DNA of 64,000 nucleotides, from assembly GCA_050950765.1 (NCBI GenBank), contig JBMNIF010000003.1, positions 1 to 64,000 of the forward strand. The letters are read 5' to 3'. Positions within the stretch are counted from its first letter, which is position 1. Every line of letters starts with the position of its first letter. The translations under genes were made by a program, and so were the position numbers. This document shows positions 10,548-20,595 of the stretch, piece by piece. The DNA is from Bdellovibrionota bacterium (GTDB lineage: Bacteria; Bdellovibrionota_C; UBA2361; JAAYZI01). The notes under the pieces were generated by a model. The model saw nothing but the letters and a program-made list of their open reading frames with translations. It made no database searches and was not told where the DNA came from.

Positions 10548-11501
10548 GTGCAAAGGTGGGAATATGATCGGCTTTATGCCTTGTCTGCTGCAGCTAAGAT
10601 TAATCTTCGCTTAAAAATCGTCGGACGTAGAGAGGACGGCTATCATCTTTTAAGTATGCTTAATACCCTGATCGATCTCTGTGATCGTTTAGAACTTTCT
10701 CTGCATAAAAATGGAAGAAATGAAGTAGAGGTATCTGGTCCTGAAGCGAAGAACTTTACGCAGCAGGGAGAGAATACTGTTTTAAAAGCGTTGAGACTTT
10801 TTTTTGAAGCCTATGCCATAGATGCCGCTGCATCTGTCAAACTTGAAAAGAATATCCCGATCGGGGCTGGTCTCGGTGGTGGAAGTAGTGATGCTGCTGC
10901 TGTTTTATTATTTTTAACTGATTTTTTTCATGATCAATATAGCAAGTCTTCAATTCCACTTGAGGCAGTGGCTGCTAAGGTAGGATCTGATGTTCCATAT
11001 TTTTTGCACGGTGGATTAGCTTTAGTTGAAGGGGTGGGGGAGAAAATTTTAGAACTACCTTTCTCTTCTTTAGAAAAGATCAAGGGCGTTTTGTTAATAC
11101 CTGATCAGCGCATCAGCACACCAAAAGCTTTTGCACTTTATCGGGAAAAACACCCCACAATCCCTGTAATCTTTGATGAAACGTTAGCGCAGTATGGTGT
11201 AAAATCGGATTCTTCCGTGAAAAATAAGGAGATGAGTTACTCTACATTGCTCTCTCTTTGTGAAAACGATCTAAAAGAGTCAGCCTGTCAACTCTCTTCA
11301 CAAGTTGATCACGCCTTTAAACTTTTTTCTGATGAATCTGGGTACAAAATATTTTTAACAGGAAGTGGTAGCGCTATGTTTGTTTTATCCTCAAATCAAG
11401 CGCAAAGCCCCCTTGATTTTGTCAAAAATCGTTTAAGAGAGGGAAAAGTAAATTTTTTACAGATTATCCCTTTCAATTTGCTTGCTAAATTCGTACGGTA
11501 A
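10548..11501 (+). CDS. ispE: 4-diphosphocytidyl-2-C-methyl-D-erythritol kinase
   Basis: AKINLRL..VGRREDGYH, KNIPIGAGLGGGSSDAA, GSDVP and LTGSGS motifs; usual position before tRNA-Gln and prs. Confidence 0.95.
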   Translation: MQRWEYDRLYALSAAAKINLRLKIVGRREDGYHLLSMLNTLIDLCDRLELSLHKNGRNEVEVSGPEAKNFTQQGENTVLKALRLFFEAYAIDAAASVKLEKNIPIGAGLGGGSSDAAAVLLFLTDFFHDQYSKSSIPLEAVAAKVGSDVPYFLHGGLALVEGVGEKILELPFSSLEKIKGVLLIPDQRISTPKAFALYREKHPTIPVIFDETLAQYGVKSDSSVKNKEMSYSTLLSLCENDLKESACQLSSQVDHAFKLFSDESGYKIFLTGSGSAMFVLSSNQAQSPLDFVKNRLREGKVNFLQIIPFNLLAKFVR

Positions 11502-11560
11502 TGTAAATTAGCGCTTGTTCGAGTGAGCCTTATAAGTTTTTATAAGGGTTCATTTAATAG

Positions 11561-11636
11561 TGGCCGGTAGCCAAGTGGTAAGGCACTAGGTTTTGATCCT
11601 AGCATTTCGCAGGTTCGAGTCCTGCCCGGCCAGCCA
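11561..11636 (+). tRNA. tRNA-Gln(TTG)
   Basis: tggccggtagccaagtggtaaggca...ctagg-tt-TTG-at-cctag anticodon arm, ggttcgagtcc T-arm, encoded CCA end. Confidence 0.95.
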
Positions 11637-11815
11637 TCTTTTTTCAACATTAGTTTGAATATTTGAGGCGTGTTTTGTGATTGGTAGCTCTAATTAATTA
11701 TCAATCAGACGATATTTCTGATGGCTTGCTTGACGTTGTAGGTAGAGTTCTAAGCGGTGTTTTTTGTTCATGTTCAGTGTGCTTAGCTGAGCGTGATTAG
11801 TGTTTATCAGAATTT

Positions 11816-12769
11816 ATGCGGCGTACAATGAAACAGCTAGTCGTTCTATCAGGTCGTTCTAATCCAGCCTTTACTGCAAAAATCGCAGAAACTTTAAATA
11901 CAGAGTTAGGTAGGCTTGAAGTAATAAAATTTAGCGATGGGGAGTTGTCTGTTGATATTAGTGATAATGTACGTGGACGAGATGTTTTTATCGTTCAGAG
12001 CACCTCAACCCCTGGTAACGACCACCTTATGGAGCTTCTAATAGTTATTGATGCTCTTAAACGTGCGTCTGCTGATCGTATTACAGCCGTTATGCCGTAT
12101 TTTGGTTATGCCAGACAGGATAGAAAACTAAAGCCCCGTGTGCCGATTACTGCAAAACTTGTGGCGGATATCTTAACTGCTGCTGGTGCTAATCGTGTTT
12201 TGACGATGGACTTGCACGCCGGTCAGATTATGGGCTTTTTTAATATTCCCGTTGATAATTTAAATGCCATCCCTGTTATCTTGCCATATATTAAGCAGCG
12301 CTATGGAAAAGATGATTTAGCAGTAGTTTCTCCTGATGCAGGTGGCGTTGAGCGAGTTATGAAGTTTGCGGCGCGCTTGGAGAATGCCTCAGTTGCCGTT
12401 ATTGATAAGCGGCGTATCAGAGCGAATGTTGTTGCCGAGATGCGGGTTGTCGGAGAGGTAAAGGATAAAACCTGCATTATCGTTGATGATATGGTTGATA
12501 CGGCTGGAACCCTTGCTAAGGCTGGAGAGACCCTTTTAGAGGAGGGTGCAAAAAAGGTAGTCGCCTGTTGTACTCACCCGATCCTCTCCGGAAATGCCAT
12601 TGAGAGGATTTCGTCATCGGTTTATGAAGAGGTCGTTGTGACGGATACTATCGTACTGCCTAAAGCCGTTCAGTGCCCTAAATTGACAGTCTTGTCGGTA
12701 GCTCCATTATTTGCAGAGGCTGTTCGCAGAATTCACGCAGACGATTCCGTAAGCAGCTTATTTAAATAA
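11816..12769 (+). CDS. prs: Ribose-phosphate pyrophosphokinase
   Basis: FSDGE, PYFGYARQDRK, DLHAGQI, VSPDAGG and IIVDDMVDTAGT motifs. Confidence 0.97.
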   Translation: MRRTMKQLVVLSGRSNPAFTAKIAETLNTELGRLEVIKFSDGELSVDISDNVRGRDVFIVQSTSTPGNDHLMELLIVIDALKRASADRITAVMPYFGYARQDRKLKPRVPITAKLVADILTAAGANRVLTMDLHAGQIMGFFNIPVDNLNAIPVILPYIKQRYGKDDLAVVSPDAGGVERVMKFAARLENASVAVIDKRRIRANVVAEMRVVGEVKDKTCIIVDDMVDTAGTLAKAGETLLEEGAKKVVACCTHPILSGNAIERISSSVYEEVVVTDTIVLPKAVQCPKLTVLSVAPLFAEAVRRIHADDSVSSLFK

Positions 12770-13072
12770 GTAATACCACTTAAAAGTCCGTTTGGTCAGA
12801 ACTCCGTTTTTTATGGCGAAAAGGGTTTGTAAGGGGTGCTTTTTTGTAAAAAAGCACCGTTATTATCTGATTTTTCTTGAATATTCTCCCTTAGTCACTT
12901 TATTTTAATTTCATTTTGTGGTTATCTACTCAACCAGTTTTGATAAAAGGGCTTTTTGTGCTTACTTTCAATTTTGAAAGTTTGCTGAGGCTCATTAACA
13001 ACTTGATATTATGAGCATTTGCATTCGCTCCAAGTTGATTTTTTTATAGCCTGAGTTTTATAGGGTGCGTCA

Positions 13073-13729
13073 GTGGAAAAGTTAACGCTTGATATTAGTA
13101 GACGAGAAGAGGTCGGATCTAGGCAAGTTGCCAAGTTAAGGAAAGAGGGGATTTTGCCGGTAGTTGTTTATGCTCGCGGTAAAGAGGCGATCAAGGCGGC
13201 TGTCAACACACGTGAATTCATTACTGCGGCGAAAAAGGCTCGTACTTCGAATTACTTTGTATTAAAAAGCTCTGACAGTAGTCTGAACAATAAATGTGCT
13301 TTTGTGAAAGAGATTCAGCAAAACCACCTTAAAAAAGAGGTTTTGCACGTTGATTTTTTTGCTATTGATCCGCATGAAAAAGCACGTGTCTTAATTCCTG
13401 TTGAGGTGTTTGGTGAATCTGATGAAGTTAAGAACTTTGGTGCGATAATGACTGTTTCCACCAATCAGGTTACGGTTGAAGGGGTGCCTGCCGCTATTCC
13501 TGAAGTTTTTAAGGTCGATATCTCAAAATTACGGGTTGGACAACATATCAGAGTCAGTGAGCTTGAGCTTCCTGAAGGTGTTGAGATGTTAACGAGTGGT
13601 GAACAGTCTATCGTGTCTCTTGCGGCTGGACGTAAAGATACGAAAGGCGCTGCAGATGCTGCGGATGCGGATGCAGATGCGCATGCAGACGCTACTTCAG
13701 CGGCACCAGCTAAAAAGACCAAAAAATAA
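13073..13729 (+). CDS. rplY: 50S ribosomal protein L25/general stress protein Ctc
   Basis: LRKEGILPVVVY, LHVDF and IPE...VDIS.L.VG..I.V..L.LP motifs; located between prs and pth. Confidence 0.93.
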   Translation: MEKLTLDISRREEVGSRQVAKLRKEGILPVVVYARGKEAIKAAVNTREFITAAKKARTSNYFVLKSSDSSLNNKCAFVKEIQQNHLKKEVLHVDFFAIDPHEKARVLIPVEVFGESDEVKNFGAIMTVSTNQVTVEGVPAAIPEVFKVDISKLRVGQHIRVSELELPEGVEMLTSGEQSIVSLAAGRKDTKGAADAADADADAHADATSAAPAKKTKK

Positions 13730-13761
13730 GATGGTCGTGTTTTAATGCCTCTTATTAAAAT

Positions 13762-14394
13762 GTGGATATGATGGGTGCTCATTCGATACGAATGGTTGTT
13801 GGTCTTGGTAATCCAGGTAATCGATATGAGATGACACGTCATAACCTCGGTTTTATGGCGGTTGATGCCTTTAAGGAGCGTATCGCTGCTGGTAGAACTT
13901 GGAAAAAACGTGGCTCAGCTTTGTTGTGTGAAGCTGAATTTTGTGGCAATAAGGTTTACCTATTAAAGCCGCAATGCTTTATGAATTTAAGTGGTGGTCC
14001 GGTTGCAGAGTTGCACCGTTTTTACAAGATACCACTTAATGAGATCGTTGTTGCTCATGACGATGTAGATCTTCCGTTTGGAAGGTTGCGTGTAAAAAAA
14101 GGTGGTGGCGATGGCGGTCATAATGGGCTTAAATCGTTGCGTGCCGAGCTTGGTAGTGGTGATTTCTTGCGTGTTAGGTGTGGCATTGGGAGACCGCAAA
14201 GAGTTACTGCTGATGAGGATGGTATGGTCCAATGGGTTTTAGGTCGTTTCTCTGGTGCTGATGTTAAGATCGCAGAAGAGGTTGCTGCTGAAGCAGCTGA
14301 AGCTTTGCTTACTATTTCTGAGAAAGGGTTAGAGCAAGCGCAACGTGATTTTAATCGTCGGGATGTTGCTCTCAAGGTTGAGGGTACAGAGTAG
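13762..14394 (+). CDS. pth: Peptidyl-tRNA hydrolase
   Basis: VGLGNPG..Y..TRHNLGF, KPQCFMNLSG, HDDVDLPFG and GGHNGLKS motifs. Confidence 0.97.
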   Translation: MDMMGAHSIRMVVGLGNPGNRYEMTRHNLGFMAVDAFKERIAAGRTWKKRGSALLCEAEFCGNKVYLLKPQCFMNLSGGPVAELHRFYKIPLNEIVVAHDDVDLPFGRLRVKKGGGDGGHNGLKSLRAELGSGDFLRVRCGIGRPQRVTADEDGMVQWVLGRFSGADVKIAEEVAAEAAEALLTISEKGLEQAQRDFNRRDVALKVEGTE

Positions 14395-14427
14395 TTTTTT
14401 AGCTTGTATGTGTTAATTGAGGCTTAG

Positions 14428-14817
14428 ATGAGAAAATACGAAATGGTGGTGGTTTTCCATCCTAATTTAAATAAAGATGGTTTGGAGGCGGAGATTTCAA
14501 AGGTGAAAGACCTTTTAAATTCGAAGCAAGCGGTCGATCTGACTGTTAAATCTTGGGGGAAACGAGAGATCGCTTATCCGGTGAAAAAACAGAAGTATGG
14601 TCAATATATCGTCTTTTATTTTTCAACTGAAGATTATGATACGCCTGCTGCCGCTGGGGCTCTCTTCCGCATAAATGATCAAATTTTAAAGTTTCAGACA
14701 CATGTAATTAATGAACATCAACGTCGTTTTCAAGGCAATCCTCGTAGGGTTGGCGAAGGAAGTACGTTTGATGAGATCTTGGATATGGATGATCTGGATG
14801 ACGATAGGATCGCCTAG
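14428..14817 (+). CDS. rpsF: 30S ribosomal protein S6
   Basis: MRKYE.VVVFHP and WGKREIAYPVKK...G.Y motifs; acidic C-terminal tail. Confidence 0.93.
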   Translation: MRKYEMVVVFHPNLNKDGLEAEISKVKDLLNSKQAVDLTVKSWGKREIAYPVKKQKYGQYIVFYFSTEDYDTPAAAGALFRINDQILKFQTHVINEHQRRFQGNPRRVGEGSTFDEILDMDDLDDDRIA

Positions 14818-14902
14818 TGTTGTTCTTATCGTGGTGTAATTAGAAGGCTCTTTTTTGTTAGATCCTTAGTTGTATATGTTTTTGATTAAGACGGAGTAAG
14901 TC

Positions 14903-15484
14903 ATGGAAGTTCTATTGATGCAGGATTTTCCTAGGTTGGGATTCATAGGCGAACGGATGAATGTAAAAAACGGCTATGCGCGTAATTTTTTAATACCACG
15001 TGGCATTGCAATAGAGGCTTCATCTCGAAATGCTAAAGAATTGCAACATCGTATTGCAATGATCAATGCTCGCAAAGCTAAGAGAAAAGCAGAGGCGATG
15101 GAGATTTTGGATCGTATTCAGCAGGTGACTTTAGAGTTTAAACTTAAATTTGCTGAAGAGGGTAAGAGTTTTGGTTCTGTTGGTGCTCGAGATATCGAAC
15201 TCGCTTTAGAAGCAAACGGATTTAAAGTTGATCGTAAACAACTTGTTTTACCTGAATCGATTCGCACTGTCGGGGATTATGAAGTTGGCGTGAAGCTTCA
15301 CTCTGAGGTTGAGGCTAAAGTTAAGGTTAAAGTCATCGCCGAAAAGATCGTTGAAGCGAAAGCAAAAGATGCACAAGTTGGTCGTAAGCAACGTCGTAAA
15401 AAGAGCGCAGCTCCTGAAGCTGAAGAAAGCTTGGAAAATACTTCTGCAGAGACGGAAGCTCAAGAGCCCGTTGTTGAGGAATAA
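14903..15484 (+). CDS. rplI: 50S ribosomal protein L9
   Basis: MEVLL...LG..G....VKNGYARNFLIPRG, GK.FGSV and VKLHSEV motifs. Confidence 0.96.
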   Translation: MEVLLMQDFPRLGFIGERMNVKNGYARNFLIPRGIAIEASSRNAKELQHRIAMINARKAKRKAEAMEILDRIQQVTLEFKLKFAEEGKSFGSVGARDIELALEANGFKVDRKQLVLPESIRTVGDYEVGVKLHSEVEAKVKVKVIAEKIVEAKAKDAQVGRKQRRKKSAAPEAEESLENTSAETEAQEPVVEE

Positions 15485-15511
15485 AGTTTTCTTTATACTT
15501 AGCAAGTTATA

Positions 15512-15543
15512 AAAAGCCCGTAGCATCTGTTATGGGCTTTTTT
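15512..15543 (+). terminator. Intrinsic terminator after rplI
   Basis: aaaagcccgtagca-tc-tgttatgggctttt followed by further T residues. Confidence 0.75.
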
Positions 15544-15605
15544 GCACTACGCCAAGCGCATATAAAGGTTGTTGCTATCTATATATTTTAAAGGCGAGAT
15601 AAAAA

Positions 15606-16448
15606 ATGAATCGGAGAGGTAAAAAAGTTCTTAATTTGCTTCTCTTGATGGGGGTTTTTGCAATTTCCTTTTTTGGTCCTTTATTTCTCTTAAAGACGGT
15701 TATCTCTTCACAGACACCTCAAACCGTAGATCCGGAGTTGGAGGGTTCCTTTAAGAGTGCCAGAAGAATTCCAGGCAATGTAGGTCGTCTTAAGATCGTT
15801 AATTCAGCGGATTTAAATCCTGTAAAAGGTGAAGACTTCTTAATCGTGGGGTGGTTTAAGCTTAATAAGTTGCCCCTTGATGGTGAAAGGATGATCCTTC
15901 TTAACAAGTACGACAGGGGAAAAAGTGATATTCCAGGTTATGCCCTTGCCATAGAGCGACAAGGTTCCGATATCATACCGTTTGTATATGTAAACGAATT
16001 ATCAAGAAAGGGACGGTGGTATCGATTCTCTGAGGCGAAGATAATTCAACATGTTTGGTTTATGATGGCGCTTACCTTTCAAGATAATAGATTTATCGGT
16101 TTACACTCCGCTTCATTGCACGTTCTCCCTAGTGATAGAATTCAACTACTCGGTGGATATGATCTAAAGCGCGAAGTAATTCCAGAAAGTTCAGCAGATC
16201 TATTTTTAGGTGGGCAGGGGAAGTTTGCTTTTCGTGGTTTTATCGGACCTTTCGGTATCTTTTCAGGCTCAGACCTTGTAGATGATTATTTGAGAGTGTA
16301 TGCAAAGTTTGTAAAGAATCCAGATCGCATCCCTAAAGAGCTAAAGAGTGCTGTAAAGTTTTGGACGATTGATGGTGAGCACGACTTAAGCTCAGCAGCA
16401 CGCTTAATTAAACGCTCCGCTGGGAAACGGAGAAAAAAAAGCTCCTAA
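15606..16448 (+). CDS. Membrane-anchored protein with a LamG/concanavalin-A-like domain
   Basis: N-terminal TM segment; 'DFLIVGWFKL', 'WFMMALTF' and 'LFLGG...FRGFIG' patterns resemble LamG-like jelly rolls. Confidence 0.55.
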   Translation: MNRRGKKVLNLLLLMGVFAISFFGPLFLLKTVISSQTPQTVDPELEGSFKSARRIPGNVGRLKIVNSADLNPVKGEDFLIVGWFKLNKLPLDGERMILLNKYDRGKSDIPGYALAIERQGSDIIPFVYVNELSRKGRWYRFSEAKIIQHVWFMMALTFQDNRFIGLHSASLHVLPSDRIQLLGGYDLKREVIPESSADLFLGGQGKFAFRGFIGPFGIFSGSDLVDDYLRVYAKFVKNPDRIPKELKSAVKFWTIDGEHDLSSAARLIKRSAGKRRKKSS

Positions 16449-16710
16449 AGTTTTATTTTATAATATATTAAAGGTGGCACGGGTTAATTAAATGTTCTGC
16501 TGGGAAACGGAGAAAAAAAGCTCTTAGAATTATATTTTATAATATATTAAAGGCAGCATGCTTAATTAAACGTTCCGCTGGTAAATGAGGGGAAAAAGCT
16601 CCTAAAGTTTTATTTTATAATATGTTAAAGGTAGTGCGGGTTAATTGAATGTTCTGCTGGTAAACGGGGGAAAAAAGTTCTTAAAGTTTTATTTTGTAAT
16701 ATATTAAAGG
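16395..16710. repeat. Four-copy tandem array, ~79-bp unit, A/B alternating
   Basis: Unit ttaatt(a/g)aa(c/t)g(c/t)tc(c/t)gctgg...aaaaag(c/t)tc(c/t)ta..tattttataata(t)attaaagg, with the ttaatt anchor at 16404, 16484, 16562 and 16641. Confidence 0.95.
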
Positions 16711-16714
16711 AAAA

Positions 16715-17269
16715 TTATTGCCCCATTAGCCTGTCTAAGATAGTAGCACAGGCGGATCTAACGGAGAGATGATTATAATCTCCCGCTCCCTTAATAGGCT
16801 CTAAAAAGTAATCAGCTCGAGCTAGGAGGTGATCTGACATACCCCAACCTGTTCCAAGCATTAGAAGATAAGGCTCTCCTCCTTGCAAAAGATCCCTCAT
16901 CTCCTGAAAGGAGGTGCGATCTTCACCTTGATGTGCTGAGGTGGCGACAATCTTCGGTAATTTTCCAGCTCTTAGATCTATTTTATGAATTACTTCATCA
17001 AGGCTTGTTGAGATATCGAGGTTCAATAAAGCTGTTCTACGATGGGGGTTATAGAGTGCTCCAAAGCCATCTTCCCAGTATGATTTCATAATGTGGGCGA
17101 GTTTACGCATAGTGGGTGAGGGGTGTGCTACAAAGGCGTGTGCTGAATAGGTTTTGCAACTTCGGGCGATATCATGCAGATCAATTAACGTTAGTGAGGT
17201 TGTCACAAGCTCCCCTTGTCTGTCGACCATCTTGTCATGCAGCAATACAACATTGAGATCAACGCTCAT
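16715..17269 (-). CDS. SPOUT-family SAM-dependent RNA methyltransferase (DUF2168-type, usually next to trmD)
   Basis: TTSLT.IDLHDIARS..TY, VATSA, LMLGTGWG and YNHLSVRSA motifs; overlaps the end of trmD. Confidence 0.85.
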   Translation of the reverse strand: MSVDLNVVLLHDKMVDRQGELVTTSLTLIDLHDIARSCKTYSAHAFVAHPSPTMRKLAHIMKSYWEDGFGALYNPHRRTALLNLDISTSLDEVIHKIDLRAGKLPKIVATSAHQGEDRTSFQEMRDLLQGGEPYLLMLGTGWGMSDHLLARADYFLEPIKGAGDYNHLSVRSACATILDRLMGQ

Positions 17270-17966
17270 CTACCTTCTCCAGTAAGTCAGGTCTGTATAA
17301 TTTTGTTCTCTTTAAAGCCTCTTCTTTGCGCCAAAGTTCGATCTTTTTAGGATCTCCTGATAAGAGAACTTCCGGCACTTTCAAACCACGAAACAGTGCT
17401 GGTCGTGTATATTGTGGTGGTTCTAAGAGAACTCTACCACTACTATCATCAGAAAAGCTCTCTTGGATGATTGATTCTGAATTCCCAAGTACAGTGTCTT
17501 GCAGTCTGACGATCGCCTCTATCATCGCCATAGCGGGAACCTCTCCTCCCATTAAAACAAAATCACCGATAGAAAACGATTCATCAACAAAGAGCTCTCT
17601 AACACGATCATCGATACCTTCGTAGCGACCGCAGATAAAAATAATCTGATCCTGTTTTGCTAAACGTGCCGCATCACCCTGCTTAAACAACTTACCTGCT
17701 GGTGTTGTAAGGATAACTTTACCGTTCGGCAAACGCTTTTTAGCATCTTCAATCGCCGCTGTTAAAGGTTCTGGTTTGAAAAGCATCCCTGCACCACCAC
17801 CATAAGGAACGTCATCAACGTGATGGTGTGGAGGTGGGGTAAAGTCTCTAATATTAAGTAGATTTATAGAGAGAATTGAACGTGAACAAGCCTTTCCAAT
17901 TAAACTATTTGATACAAAGGGACCAAATAGATCAGGAAAGATAGTGAGTATTTCAATCTGCGTCAC
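17259..17966 (-). CDS. trmD: tRNA (guanine37-N1)-methyltransferase
   Basis: VDDVPYGGGAGM, CGRYEGIDDR, SIGDFVLMGGE and PQYTRP motifs. Confidence 0.97.
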   Translation of the reverse strand: MTQIEILTIFPDLFGPFVSNSLIGKACSRSILSINLLNIRDFTPPPHHHVDDVPYGGGAGMLFKPEPLTAAIEDAKKRLPNGKVILTTPAGKLFKQGDAARLAKQDQIIFICGRYEGIDDRVRELFVDESFSIGDFVLMGGEVPAMAMIEAIVRLQDTVLGNSESIIQESFSDDSSGRVLLEPPQYTRPALFRGLKVPEVLLSGDPKKIELWRKEEALKRTKLYRPDLLEKVDER

Positions 17967-18029
17967 GATGTAAATAGAAAAACACCGTCCAGCCTATAAA
18001 AACAGCACTTGGACGGTGATTAGATAACT

Positions 18030-18359
18030 CTATGCAGCACGAGCAGCGATACGTTGCTTACGTGCACGACGTTTTGCAAGAATTTTTTCATGTCTTGCTT
18101 TCTCTTTATCTTCAATAAGTCCGGGGAAAGCTTTTTTAATTAAGTTGCTAACCACTAAGGAAGGTTTGGCACCAACGTCGAGCCACTTCTTAATTAAATC
18201 CTCTTTAAGATCAACCTCAGGTGGTTCAACCATAGGGTTATAAGTCCCAACGATATCTAAAAATCTTCCATCCCTGCGGCGCTCTTTATCTGCTGCAACT
18301 ATGCGATAAAAAGGTCTCTTTGTTTGTCCATGTCTTGCTAAACGTATAACAACAGCCAC
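18030..18359 (-). CDS. rpsP: 30S ribosomal protein S16
   Basis: VIRLARHG..KRPFYRIVAAD....RDGRFL..VGTYNP. Confidence 0.97.
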   Translation of the reverse strand: MAVVIRLARHGQTKRPFYRIVAADKERRRDGRFLDIVGTYNPMVEPPEVDLKEDLIKKWLDVGAKPSLVVSNLIKKAFPGLIEDKEKARHEKILAKRRARKQRIAARAA

Positions 18360-18679
18360 TGTTCTAGTTCCCTCAATATAAATTACCCAACTGAATTACA
18401 ACGCTTCTTAAAGCGGCAAGTCAGATAAGTGGAAAAAATCACACAACACTTTTAATAAAATTACACTTTTCAGATTTTCAAGAAAACGAATAGTGCTAAA
18501 AAATATAAAATGATTACGAGGTTATAACAAAAAAGAGATTAATTTGGAACACCCATAGCCGTTTCTTATGTAATTTATTTTTAATTACACAGATAAAGGG
18601 GTGTTTCCGCTTATATAATATAACACATTGAAATAACTTAGAGAATTTCAAAATTTTGATAAAGCATCCCTAATAAGTG

Positions 18680-20371
18680 TTATTTTACCTCCTCTATCTT
18701 GGAAAAGAGGATTTCAGCTTGATTTATCTGAGATCCCGCTGCTTGTGGTTTTAAAGCATCATCCCAAGTTAGTTTTTTCAAGTCTAAGTTTAACATCGCC
18801 GCTATTTTTTCTGCAGTAAATGGAATAAAGGGGCTTAACACCACTGCTAGAAAATGAATTGCATCAAAACAGTAGCTTAAAGTAAGAGCAGTAGCTTCTA
18901 GATCTGTTTTTCTTTGTGCCCACGGAGCTTTATCATCAACGTATTTATTGCAACGTCGACAAAAATCCATAATCGTCTCTAAGGCAGCACGAAAGGAGAC
19001 ATCCTCTAAAAGGTCGGTTACCTTTACAAAGGTCTCTTGGATATCTTTAGCAAAAGCTGTATCGAGATCAGAAACTTTAGAAGGAAGGCGCTCCGGAATT
19101 TGAGGCCCGAGATATTTATGTGTAAAAGAAACAATTCTATTGATAAAATTACCGAGGATATTGGCGAGATCTGTGTTGTTACGTTGAATTAAATCTTCAG
19201 GCTTATAAACGGTACGTGCCTTTTCCGGTGCAATAGCTGTCAGATAGTATCTAAGCACATCAGGATTATTTCCTTCACCTAAATAATCACCGATCCAGAC
19301 AGCGGTGCCACGAGATTTACTGATCTTTTCCTCTTCAGCATCTCCAGGGAACTGAATATTTAGAAAATGGTTTACTATCACACCTTTTGGTAACTTAAAG
19401 GTGCCTTCTGCTTTTAATGTTGCAATCCATGTAATGCAATGGAAGATAGTATTGTCTTCTCCTATAAAGTGCACGATTTCAGAGTCGTCGTCTTTCCACC
19501 AATCAGCGTACCTCTCCGGATCTCCCTCCTTATTAGCACACACCTCTTTCGTATTGGAGATATATCCGATCGGTGCATCAAACCAGACGTACAAGACCTT
19601 TCCTGTGGCATCAGGATCGTCAAGTGGTAAAGGAATGCCCCACTCAATATCGCGTGTCATTGATCGTCTGACAAATCCAGTTGAGAGTAAACCTTTAACG
19701 TAGCTGCGAGAGTGTTCTCTAATAACGGCACAATCGATCCACTCTCTAACTGCCTCCTCAAAATGTGAGAGGTCAAGAAACCAATGAACAGTATCCTTAA
19801 TTACCGCAGGCTGCCCAGAGATAACACTACGAGCATCTTTAAGAGTTTCTACATCAAGCATCTTGCCGCAATTTTCGCATTGATCTCCATTTTGATCAGG
19901 TGTTCCGCAATATCCGCAAGTCCCCTTAATGTAGCGATCTGGTAAGAACATTGAACGCGACTCATCATAAAACTGACTCGTTTTTTCCTTTTCAAAACGT
20001 CCCTGCTCATACAATTTTAGAAAAAAATCTTGACTGGTTTTGTAATGATAAGGGTTGCGAGAGGTAGAGCCGTAAACATCAAAATTGATCCCCAATCCAG
20101 CAAAGTCTTTTTGCTGTTTGTCATGATAAAATTTTGCAACTTCAGCTGGTGTTTTCCCCTCTTTGTCGGCAGTAATTAAGATAGCCACGCCGTGATCATC
20201 AGAACCACAAATGAAACGAACATCTATACCACGTAACCTTAAAAATCTGACGTAAATATCTGCTGGTAAATAAGCTCCCGCAATATGTCCAACGTGTAGG
20301 CAGCCGTTTGAATAGGGGAGTGCTGCTGTAACCAAAACACGCTTGGTATTTTTATTAGTAATCTTTGACAT
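18680..20371 (-). CDS. metG: Methionine--tRNA ligase
   Basis: TAALPYSNG.LHVGH (HIGH-like), GSDDHG, zinc knuckle CGYC...CENC, YVWFDAPIGY and KISKS (KMSKS-like) motifs. Confidence 0.96.
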   Translation of the reverse strand: MSKITNKNTKRVLVTAALPYSNGCLHVGHIAGAYLPADIYVRFLRLRGIDVRFICGSDDHGVAILITADKEGKTPAEVAKFYHDKQQKDFAGLGINFDVYGSTSRNPYHYKTSQDFFLKLYEQGRFEKEKTSQFYDESRSMFLPDRYIKGTCGYCGTPDQNGDQCENCGKMLDVETLKDARSVISGQPAVIKDTVHWFLDLSHFEEAVREWIDCAVIREHSRSYVKGLLSTGFVRRSMTRDIEWGIPLPLDDPDATGKVLYVWFDAPIGYISNTKEVCANKEGDPERYADWWKDDDSEIVHFIGEDNTIFHCITWIATLKAEGTFKLPKGVIVNHFLNIQFPGDAEEEKISKSRGTAVWIGDYLGEGNNPDVLRYYLTAIAPEKARTVYKPEDLIQRNNTDLANILGNFINRIVSFTHKYLGPQIPERLPSKVSDLDTAFAKDIQETFVKVTDLLEDVSFRAALETIMDFCRRCNKYVDDKAPWAQRKTDLEATALTLSYCFDAIHFLAVVLSPFIPFTAEKIAAMLNLDLKKLTWDDALKPQAAGSQINQAEILFSKIEEVK

Positions 20372-20595
20372 GGTAACCTCAATCTGAAAATGGCACGAGA
20401 AGAAAAGCCATTGCTCGGCTCCTTATATATACTCAATATGTAAAGATCTTTCCAGCTTTCAAAGTGTTATTTATAAAAAGCCAGTGCTTGTTTTTTTATT
20501 TTATGCTTTAGCGTAAGTCGTGTAAGGAATTTACCCTTATAAGATCCATAAAAAGGGCGTTGTGAGCCCCTTTCATTTTTTTATATCATTCAAGA

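Noticed and set aside
16395..16710. CRISPR array
   Set aside because: The whole unit is homologous between copies, so there are no unique spacers, and no cas genes are in the window.
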